A stretch of DNA of 11,800 bases, from the NCBI GenBank assembly GCA_041562555.1, contig JBFEXS010000068.1:1-11800 (forward strand), given 5' to 3'. The notes below the pieces were generated by a model. That model worked only from the letters and a program-made list of their open reading frames with translations. It was not told the DNA's origin and ran no database searches. This DNA comes from Sulfurimonadaceae bacterium (lineage in GTDB: Bacteria; Campylobacterota; Campylobacteria; Campylobacterales; Sulfurimonadaceae). The translations under genes and the position numbers were made by a program. Position 1 is the stretch's first letter. Each line of letters begins with the position of its first letter. Below are positions 1 to 7,062 of this stretch, piece by piece.

Positions 1-861
1 GATGTCCAGATAGACCTCGCCTCCTCTTTCGATCTCTTCCGAGATCGCACGGGCAACCACATCACGGGGAGCCAGCTCATCGGTAAAGCGCTCTTTATTG
101 GCATTCAACAGGTGTCCACCCGCACCACGAGCTGATTCAGAGATCAATATCGCCGAGTTTTTCAGTGCCGTCGGGTGAAACTGTACAAACTCCATATCCG
201 ACAATCTCGCACCGGCACGCAACGCCGCTGCCGCACCGTCCCCACTGGCCGCTGATGAGTTGGTACTAAACCCGTGAAATAATTGGGAATACCCTCCTGT
301 CGCCAGGATGACGGACTTTGCCCTGAATGCAACGACTTCTCCGCTTTTAATATCCAGAAATGTCGCTCCGGCTATGGTATTGTCTTGGGTAATACAGTTG
401 AGCAAAAAGTGCTCATTGACAAACTCTATTCCCATCTTTGAAGCCCTGTCATACAGGGTGTGCAATATCTTCAAACCGGTATAATCCTGAGCATAACAGG
501 CGCGTATGCCCGATGCTCCGCCCAATCGGCGTTGGGCTATTTTTCCCTCTTTCGTACGTGAAAAGGGCAGACCCATGCGATCAAGCCACTGTACAGCCTC
601 AATTGCTTCGCCACACAGTTTCTGCACTGCCTGTTCCGAGGCCAATCCCTGGGAAGACTTCAAGGTATCTCTCACATGATCTCCGATGCTGTCTTCTTCC
701 ACGTTTGCCATCGCCGCATTAATACCCCCCTGTGCCATAGAGGTCTGCGAACGGGTCGGGAACTCTTTTCCTATCACCTTAACATTTGCTCCGGTCTCTT
801 TTGCGCGAATCGCCGCTACGAGTCCGGCTCCACCTGAACCAACAATCAATACATCTGTCAT
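1..861 (-). CDS. sdhA: Succinate dehydrogenase/fumarate reductase flavoprotein subunit family protein (3' end runs off the window)
   Basis: Not in the ORF track; translated manually from ATG at 861. Motifs: MTDVLIVGSGGAGLVAA (FAD-binding GxGxxG), PTRSQTSMAQGGINA, AQRRLGGAS..RACYAQDYTGLKILHTLY, VILATGG, STN, MEFVQFHPT, LISESARGAGG, ERFTDELAPRDVVARAI..EVYLDI. The frame is open to position 1. RRLGG resembles SdhA/FrdA (RxFGG) more than NadB (REGGHS). The sdhA versus frdA naming is uncertain. Confidence 0.9.
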   Translation of the reverse strand, partial: MTDVLIVGSGGAGLVAAIRAKETGANVKVIGKEFPTRSQTSMAQGGINAAMANVEEDSIGDHVRDTLKSSQGLASEQAVQKLCGEAIEAVQWLDRMGLPFSRTKEGKIAQRRLGGASGIRACYAQDYTGLKILHTLYDRASKMGIEFVNEHFLLNCITQDNTIAGATFLDIKSGEVVAFRAKSVILATGGYSQLFHGFSTNSSAASGDGAAAALRAGARLSDMEFVQFHPTALKNSAILISESARGAGGHLLNANKERFTDELAPRDVVARAISEEIERGGEVYLDI

Positions 862-902
862 TTATACTTCTTTAGAGGTCTGTTTCCCTTTATTATGTGC
901 AT

Positions 903-908
903 ATTTTA
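903..908 (-). promoter_or_regulatory. Putative sigma70 -10 element (TAAAAT) for the flavoprotein gene
   Basis: Minus strand reads GTGTAAAAT about 42 nt upstream of the ATG at 861, in an AT-rich intergenic region. Confidence 0.4.
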
Positions 909-983
909 CACTAAGACAGATGGATAGAGATTAAGTGATGTAAAAATGCTGACGGCTTAAGATAGGATTTTAGATGATGCCCC

Positions 984-1403
984 CTATTGCAGCAATTGAA
1001 GTATCAACCAATACCTTAGAATACGTAGAAAGAAGGTGATTAAAACAAAAGGGACAATATGTAACCGGACAAGACCGGAGACGATCGTAATCGGGTCACC
1101 GATGACAGGAAGAGCCGAAAGTAAAAGTGCTCCATATCCATACCGGTGTGCCAGACGATAAGCACGCTGGCCTATCTTCGAGCTTTCTATCCTCTGATGC
1201 ATCAGCTGAAAGAGAAAAAAACCCAACGCATAGTTGACAACTACCGCCAGACAATTTCCTACGGAAGCATATACCAAAGCATCGGTATGATGCATCCCAA
1301 GTTCGACCGCTCCTACCAATGCCACTTCCGAACTAAACGGAAGAATAGTTGCTGCCAAAAAGCTGGAGAAGAAAAGCCCCATAGGGCCAAATTCGTCCAT
1401 CAT
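984..1403 (-). CDS. YqaA/DedA-family (VTT/SNARE-associated domain) inner membrane protein
   Basis: LFFSSFLAATILPFSSE, ASVGNCLAVVVNYALG, RYGYGALLLSALPVIGDPITIVSGLVR and LRILRY match YqaA-type motifs, and the protein is hydrophobic. The start abuts the upstream stop (alternative start 1400). Confidence 0.85.
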   Translation of the reverse strand: MMDEFGPMGLFFSSFLAATILPFSSEVALVGAVELGMHHTDALVYASVGNCLAVVVNYALGFFLFQLMHQRIESSKIGQRAYRLAHRYGYGALLLSALPVIGDPITIVSGLVRLHIVPFVLITFFLRILRYWLILQLLQ

Positions 1404-2324
1404 CTAGTTGTTTTTGATGTTCTCTATCACTGAAGCGATCAGTTTTTGACGTGCTTCTACAGAAGTCCATGCGATATGCGGAGTGATATAAAGACGCTCT
1501 TTCGCCTTGATCGTTAAAAGTGGATGATCCTCTCTCATAGGCTCTTGTGCCAATACGTCAAGACCCACATAGATCGGTTTTGCATCCATGATATACGAAA
1601 GAGCCTCTTCACTGACGATCCCTCCTCGACCCAGATTTAGCAATATCGCACTATCTTTCATCATCAGAAGTTCAGAATGGGCAATCAGGTCCTGAGTATC
1701 AGCGTTCAAAGGAGCATGTACCGATATCACGTCACTTTGTTCCAAAATATTGGAAATAGTATCGCGTTTATACGCATCATTGTCATTTTTTCCCGAGGTA
1801 GAGTAGTACGAGACTTCTGCGCCAAAAGCCGAAGCGATCCTGGCGACACCTCTTCCGATCTCACCTAGGCCAATGATCCCCCATTTCTTGCCTTTGAGCT
1901 CAAAAAACGGCTGTGCTACATGGGTAAAGAGTCCTGACTTGCTCCATGAACCATCTTTGACATATTCATCATAATAGCGCGAATGCCCCATAAGATAAAA
2001 AAGCATAGAGAAAGTATGCTGTATCACCGAGTCTGTTGAGTATCCGGCCACGTTTTTGACTGCAATACCCTTTTCTTTAGCTGCTTCAAGGTCCACGTTG
2101 TTCATGCCTGTCGCTGCAATACAGATGAGCTTCAAATCATGGCATGCATCCATCATCTCTGCCGTGATCACAACCTTGTTTGTGACGATCACCGTAGCAT
2201 CTTTGATGCGTTCCAATGTCTGATCTGCCGATGTGGTCTCGTAATTCATAACCTCACCCAAGTTATCAAAACCGCTTAGATCACTGTCTCCAAAAGTCAA
2301 AGTGTCAAGTAATACGATCTTCAT
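1404..2324 (-). CDS. D-isomer-specific 2-hydroxyacid dehydrogenase (glycerate dehydrogenase/HprA-like)
   Basis: TNKVVI, ATGMNNVD, NVAGYST, the Rossmann motif GIIGLGEIG, and the catalytic triad motifs NLGRGG (Arg), DVLAQEP (Glu) and TPHIAW (His). The ATG overlaps the purT stop (TAATG). Confidence 0.93.
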   Translation of the reverse strand: MKIVLLDTLTFGDSDLSGFDNLGEVMNYETTSADQTLERIKDATVIVTNKVVITAEMMDACHDLKLICIAATGMNNVDLEAAKEKGIAVKNVAGYSTDSVIQHTFSMLFYLMGHSRYYDEYVKDGSWSKSGLFTHVAQPFFELKGKKWGIIGLGEIGRGVARIASAFGAEVSYYSTSGKNDNDAYKRDTISNILEQSDVISVHAPLNADTQDLIAHSELLMMKDSAILLNLGRGGIVSEEALSYIMDAKPIYVGLDVLAQEPMREDHPLLTIKAKERLYITPHIAWTSVEARQKLIASVIENIKNN

Positions 2325-3487
2325 TAGGCGTCTTTGATCTTTGAGATAAGTGCTTTCGCCTGTTCAAGTGCTTTTTCTACCTGATCAAACACAAGTGCTA
2401 CCGCCATACGGCGTCCCTTATGTGACTGCGGTTTCCCGAAAACACGCACAAAGGAGTTGTCGCTAAAAAGAGAATCATCTACATCAACAACCGGTGCATA
2501 CGAGTCCTTGCCTGATTTAAAGGCTGCCGATGCGCCATCTCCGTAAAAGGTAAATCCAAGTGGCAATCCCAAGACTGCACGCAGATGCAGGGCGAATTCA
2601 GACTGAGATTGTGTGATCAATGTCACCATACCCGTATCATGCGGACGTGGACTGACTTCTGAAAAATAGACTTCATCCCCTTTGATAAACAGTTCGACAC
2701 CGAATATACCCTGACCGCCCAGTCCATCGGTGATCGTCTTTGCGATCTCTTGAGCACGCTCTTTTGCCAATGCGGTCATCTGTGCCGGCTGCCATGAATA
2801 GATATAATCCCCATCTTGCTGCTGATGGCCAATAGGTTCACAGTAGACGGTATCTTTTCCGTTACGTGCTGTCAGCATCGTGATCTCATAATCGAAATCG
2901 ATAAACGCTTCGACGATCAACTCCGAGGCGTCACCCCGTGCTTCTTTTGCCATCTCCCATGAGTTATCAAGGTCTGCTTCCGAACGCATCACACTCTGAC
3001 CGTGCCCGGATGAAGACATGACCGGCTTGACCACACATGGATACCCCATCTGTGCTGCGGCTTCTTCCATCTCTTCACGTGTCTTGACAAACTTGTAAGG
3101 CCCTGTCTTAAGTCCCAGCTCTTCTGCAGCAAATTGACGAATATTTTTACGGTTCATCGTCTTGTTCACGGCTTCTGCATTGGGAATAACGTTATACCCC
3201 TCTTTTTCGGCTATAAACAATGCAGATATACTGATAGCCTCTACCTCAGGAAGGATGTAGTCAGGCTTTTCTTTGCGAATGATCTCAAGGATGGCCTCCT
3301 CGTCTTGCATGTTCACCACATGTGAAGAGGTCGCTACCAAATGGGCAGGGGCACCCTCATACTTATCAACAGCCACCACCTCAAGTCCCAGTCTCTGTGC
3401 CTCGATGGCCACCTCTTTACCCAGTTCTCCCGAGCCTAACAACATTACTTTTTTACTATTACTCTTCAATGGTGCGCTAAATTGCAT
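2324..3487 (-). CDS. purT: Formate-dependent phosphoribosylglycinamide formyltransferase (ATP-grasp)
   Basis: [63 protein letters not shown] and FGKP...RRMAVAL. SD AAGGA at 3496-3500. Confidence 0.98.
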   Translation of the reverse strand: MQFSAPLKSNSKKVMLLGSGELGKEVAIEAQRLGLEVVAVDKYEGAPAHLVATSSHVVNMQDEEAILEIIRKEKPDYILPEVEAISISALFIAEKEGYNVIPNAEAVNKTMNRKNIRQFAAEELGLKTGPYKFVKTREEMEEAAAQMGYPCVVKPVMSSSGHGQSVMRSEADLDNSWEMAKEARGDASELIVEAFIDFDYEITMLTARNGKDTVYCEPIGHQQQDGDYIYSWQPAQMTALAKERAQEIAKTITDGLGGQGIFGVELFIKGDEVYFSEVSPRPHDTGMVTLITQSQSEFALHLRAVLGLPLGFTFYGDGASAAFKSGKDSYAPVVDVDDSLFSDNSFVRVFGKPQSHKGRRMAVALVFDQVEKALEQAKALISKIKDA

Positions 3488-3520
3488 CGTATCTATCCTT
3501 CCAGAAATTTCAATTCATGT

Positions 3521-3526
3521 ATTTTA
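3521..3526 (-). promoter_or_regulatory. Putative -10 element (gaTAAAAT) of the purT operon
   Basis: Minus strand reads GGATAAAAT 34 nt upstream of the purT ATG, followed by an AAGGA SD. Confidence 0.5.
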
Positions 3527-3549
3527 TCCTATCGGACTTGAAGAAAAGG

Positions 3550-4701
3550 CTAAAGAGGATCTTTTCCAAGGATGATCTCACCTTCTTGAATCTCTCCTTG
3601 ACGCCTGATCTCCACGACAAGCTTTTCCCCTACTTGTCCACGCAGAGCCTTTCTGAGACCAAACAGCGTCATATCATCCATCCCTTCGACAGCAATGATT
3701 TCATCCCCCTCCTGAAGGTTGGAGACTACAGCGCCCGGCATCGGCTTGATACTAAATACTATTATTTTCTGCTCTTTCAATATCAGGCGGATACCCGACT
3801 TATCCACCTCTTCACGGTAGTCATAATCCTTGTGATGTGTTAGGTAGAGGGCATGGAAAGGAAAGTCCAGTACAATATTGTGACGCTTTAAAAAGGCCAG
3901 GCCAAGAGCATTTTGTCTGGATGTCTGCATCACAAGATGTGAATAGTTCACCCCTGCGAATTCCAAAGAGCCCAGTCGAAACTCCTCGCTTTGGGATAAA
4001 GAGCTGACCGTAATCACATCCTGAACATGGGACTTCAAGATCACATTCCTCTGTTTGAGCCTTATAAGGTTTTGTGTATGCAAACGTCCTGTCCCATTAT
4101 CCCCAAGGTCAATATCAAACACCAGGGGCATGCCGCCTAAGGTCACTTTAACCTGTGGGATATAGCCTCTACTCCATAAAATTGGCGTCCGGGCAGTGTA
4201 CTCTCCGCCATAAGGTTCTGCCCCGATATAGGCCTTGACCTTTCCCCTGTCAAAATCAAATTCCCAGCGAAACTGATGTACGAAAGAGCTCCCCAGGATT
4301 CCACAAAACTTTCGTCCGGAAAAAGGCCATAAGGACTTCAAGTCTGCCGTAATATAAGGGAATCGATTGGCGATCTGTAAACGTCCGAGTTTTAAGGGGA
4401 TTGCCTTGTACAGCTTTAACTCAAGTTCACCGTTAGGTGTCATGATCGTCTCGGAAAACTTGACCCCTGCTCGGGCTTGAGCCTCTTCGATTTCAAGTGC
4501 TTCACCCAGTAGATGAGTGTAATCGTTGTCTAAAACAACAAAGCTGGCTCCTGTATCAAATAAAAAGTCACATTGCTCCCCATCGATGTTCACCGGTAAA
4601 AAGACACCATTGGCATCAAGCTCGAAATCTTGCTGATATAAGGGGCGTTCGAGCCCATGTAAAGAGATAAATAGGAGAAAAAGAAGAAAGCTAGTTTTCA
4701 T
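3550..4701 (-). CDS. Secreted aspartyl protease with tandem retropepsin-like domains and a C-terminal PDZ domain
   Basis: The probable start is MKTSFLLFLLFISLHG (signal peptide, ATG 4701) rather than the track start at 4755. Motifs: FLFDTGAS...GILGSSF (domain 1), FDIDLGDN...ALGLAFL (domain 2), and the PDZ-like SGIRL..IIVFSI...LQEGDEIIAVEG...LVVEIRRQG. Confidence 0.82.
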   Translation of the reverse strand: MKTSFLLFLLFISLHGLERPLYQQDFELDANGVFLPVNIDGEQCDFLFDTGASFVVLDNDYTHLLGEALEIEEAQARAGVKFSETIMTPNGELELKLYKAIPLKLGRLQIANRFPYITADLKSLWPFSGRKFCGILGSSFVHQFRWEFDFDRGKVKAYIGAEPYGGEYTARTPILWSRGYIPQVKVTLGGMPLVFDIDLGDNGTGRLHTQNLIRLKQRNVILKSHVQDVITVSSLSQSEEFRLGSLEFAGVNYSHLVMQTSRQNALGLAFLKRHNIVLDFPFHALYLTHHKDYDYREEVDKSGIRLILKEQKIIVFSIKPMPGAVVSNLQEGDEIIAVEGMDDMTLFGLRKALRGQVGEKLVVEIRRQGEIQEGEIILGKDPL

Positions 4702-5119
4702 TCTCAACGGAGATTGCACACTGTTTGATCGGCTCGAATTTATGAGCAAACTCACACGGCATCTCGGAAAAGTTGTCTATCAGATATAACAGTTCATGTA
4801 TACCCTGATGTTTCAGTACACGCTTTTTGTTATAACTTTCAAGACAGTGATTACACCCCAAAAACTCGGAACAGTCCAGAGAATCACTGATCGTGATGAT
4901 CTGCTGCATAGGATTGAGTCCAAGGATTTCCGTCAACGTCTCTATACCATGATCTATCGTAAAGTCGATAAGAACCATGTCCGGTTCTTCTTTTTTATAA
5001 AACTCCATAGCTGCATCATGGCCTGCAATGAGGTGTACGTCATGATGGGCCATCTGCTCAAGCAGACCCACACGTATGGAGTTTTGTATCGATGGATTAT
5101 CTATAAAGAGTATCTTCAT
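4691..5119 (-). CDS. Stand-alone response-regulator receiver (REC) domain protein with a Cys-rich insertion
   Basis: Probable start MKILFIDN (ATG 5119; 142 aa). REC hallmarks are beta1 ILFID, EEPDMVLID52 (phosphoacceptor), G58, IITIS78 and K103. There is no output domain. The stop overlaps the protease start. Confidence 0.8.
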   Translation of the reverse strand: MKILFIDNPSIQNSIRVGLLEQMAHHDVHLIAGHDAAMEFYKKEEPDMVLIDFTIDHGIETLTEILGLNPMQQIITISDSLDCSEFLGCNHCLESYNKKRVLKHQGIHELLYLIDNFSEMPCEFAHKFEPIKQCAISVENEN

Positions 5120-5125
5120 ACCTGT

Positions 5126-5131
5126 ATTATA
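5126..5131 (-). promoter_or_regulatory. Putative -10 element TATAAT 6 nt upstream of the REC gene ATG
   Basis: Minus strand reads ...GGTA-TATAAT-ACAGGT-ATG. Confidence 0.5.
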
Positions 5132-5188
5132 TACCATCTTTGTAAAAGAAGCGTTAAATCCCAACTAATAAAAATCATAAGAAGAAAT

Positions 5189-6955
5189 TTAGTGCTGCGC
5201 CTGAACAAACATCTGGTAATGGCCCTCTTCTTCCACAAGCTTTTGGGGTTCTCCCTCTTCGACAATCTCCCCATCCTTCATCACATAAATATAATCCGAG
5301 TTCTGTACCGTACTCAGCCTGTGTGCGATGGTGATGATCGTACGATCTTCCAAGAAAGTGTTCAAGGCATTGAACAGGTCTGTCTCCGTATGCACATCCA
5401 AAGCAGAGGTTGACTCGTCAAAGATGACCACACTGGGGTTTGCCAGGATCATCCTTGCAATACTCAGACGCTGTTTTTGACCTCCCGAAAGCCTCACCCC
5501 TCCTTTGCCGACCAAGGTCTCAAGACCTTGAGGTATCTCCCTCACAAATGAAGACAGCTGCGCGATCTCTAGGGCTTTTAAGATCTGTTCATCCTTATAT
5601 TCATCTCCCATCGTTAGGTTGAAACGCAGGGTGTCATTAAACAGAACAGGCTGTTGTAATACTACAAAAAGGTTTTCCCGCAAAGTCTGCAATCCGATCT
5701 CGTACAAAGAGACCCCATTGAAATACAGCTGACCGTCTTTGGGCGGATAAAAGCCTGAAAGCACCTTGGCCAATGTGGTTTTCCCACTACCACTCGGTCC
5801 TATCAGCGCAACCTTTGAACCCGCCTTGATTTCCATATTGATATGTTTTAATATAGGCTGAGCATTTGCATAGGAAAAACTCAGGTTTTGTACTGAAACC
5901 GAAGCGCTCTTGCTCTTGAATGGATTGGATTGATGATGACAAACCGGTTCCTGCTCCAATTCAAACAACTTGTTCAGACGCGTTAATGCGGCCTTGGCAT
6001 TAGAATATGCATACTGCAAGGACAAGAGATCCTGCACCGGTGTCATCATAAACCACAGATAACCAAAGAGCGCGAACATCAATCCGATACTCAGGTCTGA
6101 TGAAAGTACCAAAATAATACCCAAGGCTCTGAAGACTTCAAAAACGGATAGGAAAAGGGTAAAAGAGAAACGTTCCGACGCAAAGGATTTTTTTCCAAAA
6201 CGTGCCGTCTCATCCCTTAGCTTTGCTGCATCATCGATACTCTTATCAATGAACTCATGCTCTTTGGATGAGGCACGGATCTGTCCAAACAGGTCCAGCG
6301 TCTCTATCAAGGCATTTTGAAACCGTGAGATAGCGCGGTTTTCCTCTTTTTTAAAACCTGCGACCCGGCGGGAGATCAACTGGGTCAGCACAACTACGGC
6401 AGGATGCAGTACCAGGATCAACAATCCCAGACGCCACTCGATCAGAAGCAAGACGATAGCCACGCCTATCAGTGTCAATACGGAGACAATGGAACGACTC
6501 AAAGCGGAACCGATAAAGCTCTCAAGTGTCTGCATATCGCTCACAAGCTTAGATGAAACGGTACCTGAACCAAGCGTCTCATATTCATGCATCGCAACTC
6601 GTTTAAGGTGTAGAAGCAGTTTTTTCCGTAACACAAAGGTGATTTCCTGGGCGATCTCGGTAAAGGCATAATGTGCAAAGATAGAAGAGAGCAAAAAACC
6701 AAAACGCAAGGCGATAGTCACAAACAGAGTGACAACGATATATCCCAAAGGGGAGAACTCCCCAAACATAAACTGTATCGTCCCTAGAAGTGCACCTTCT
6801 TCTTGCAGTATCACCTCATCAATCAACAGGGGTATAAGCAAAGGGATGGGAATACTGATCAGTGTTGCGAGCAAAGCAATAAGATTTGCCTTGATCAGTT
6901 TTGACTTGTGTTTAAGTACAAGCTTATAAAGGAGGTGAAAGCTAATCATATTCAT
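5189..6955 (-). CDS. ABC exporter, fused permease/ATP-binding protein (MsbA/Sav1866-like half transporter)
   Basis: N-terminal multi-TM domain, Walker A GPSGSGKT, Q-loop VLQQP, signature LSGGQKQR, Walker B/D-loop VIFDESTSALD and H-loop IAHRLST. Alternative start 6949. Confidence 0.95.
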   Translation of the reverse strand: MNMISFHLLYKLVLKHKSKLIKANLIALLATLISIPIPLLIPLLIDEVILQEEGALLGTIQFMFGEFSPLGYIVVTLFVTIALRFGFLLSSIFAHYAFTEIAQEITFVLRKKLLLHLKRVAMHEYETLGSGTVSSKLVSDMQTLESFIGSALSRSIVSVLTLIGVAIVLLLIEWRLGLLILVLHPAVVVLTQLISRRVAGFKKEENRAISRFQNALIETLDLFGQIRASSKEHEFIDKSIDDAAKLRDETARFGKKSFASERFSFTLFLSVFEVFRALGIILVLSSDLSIGLMFALFGYLWFMMTPVQDLLSLQYAYSNAKAALTRLNKLFELEQEPVCHHQSNPFKSKSASVSVQNLSFSYANAQPILKHINMEIKAGSKVALIGPSGSGKTTLAKVLSGFYPPKDGQLYFNGVSLYEIGLQTLRENLFVVLQQPVLFNDTLRFNLTMGDEYKDEQILKALEIAQLSSFVREIPQGLETLVGKGGVRLSGGQKQRLSIARMILANPSVVIFDESTSALDVHTETDLFNALNTFLEDRTIITIAHRLSTVQNSDYIYVMKDGEIVEEGEPQKLVEEEGHYQMFVQAQH

Positions 6956-7050
6956 AATCTTAGAATCATAGTCTTTTTTGTTGAATCTCTACTAAAAGAT
7001 TCCTGCTGCCTTAGGAAAAAAGGACTAGACCTTCTTAAGCAGGGGTGGGA

Positions 7051-7056
7051 TATAAT
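7051..7056 (+). promoter_or_regulatory. Putative -10 element (gaTATAAT) 6 nt upstream of the dnaG ATG
   Basis: GGGA-TATAAT-CTTGTC-ATG(7063). Confidence 0.55.
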
Positions 7057-7062
7057 CTTGTC

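Noticed and set aside
1..861. Calling the flavoprotein nadB (L-aspartate oxidase)
   Set aside because: It lacks the NadB REGGHS motif, and the neighbouring motifs are SdhA/FrdA-like. Not fully excluded without a phylogeny.
858..902. 14-codon minus-strand uORF (MHIIKGNRPLKKYK*) whose TGA overlaps the flavoprotein ATG
   Set aside because: Its ATG directly abuts the putative -10 box, so it would not be in that transcript, and it has no SD. Likely chance.
438..934. Plus-strand ORFs 438-722 and 686-934
   Set aside because: They are antisense shadows of the minus-strand flavoprotein gene and have no recognisable motifs.
1146..3843. Short plus-strand ORFs (1146-1433, 1677-1868, 3134-3325, 3273-3575, 3517-3843)
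   Set aside because: They are antisense to well-supported genes and lack domain motifs or convincing RBSs.
4796..6929. Plus-strand ORFs 4796-5413, 5440-5622, 6489-6671 and 6729-6929
   Set aside because: They are antisense to the REC and ABC genes, and their composition is typical of shadow frames.
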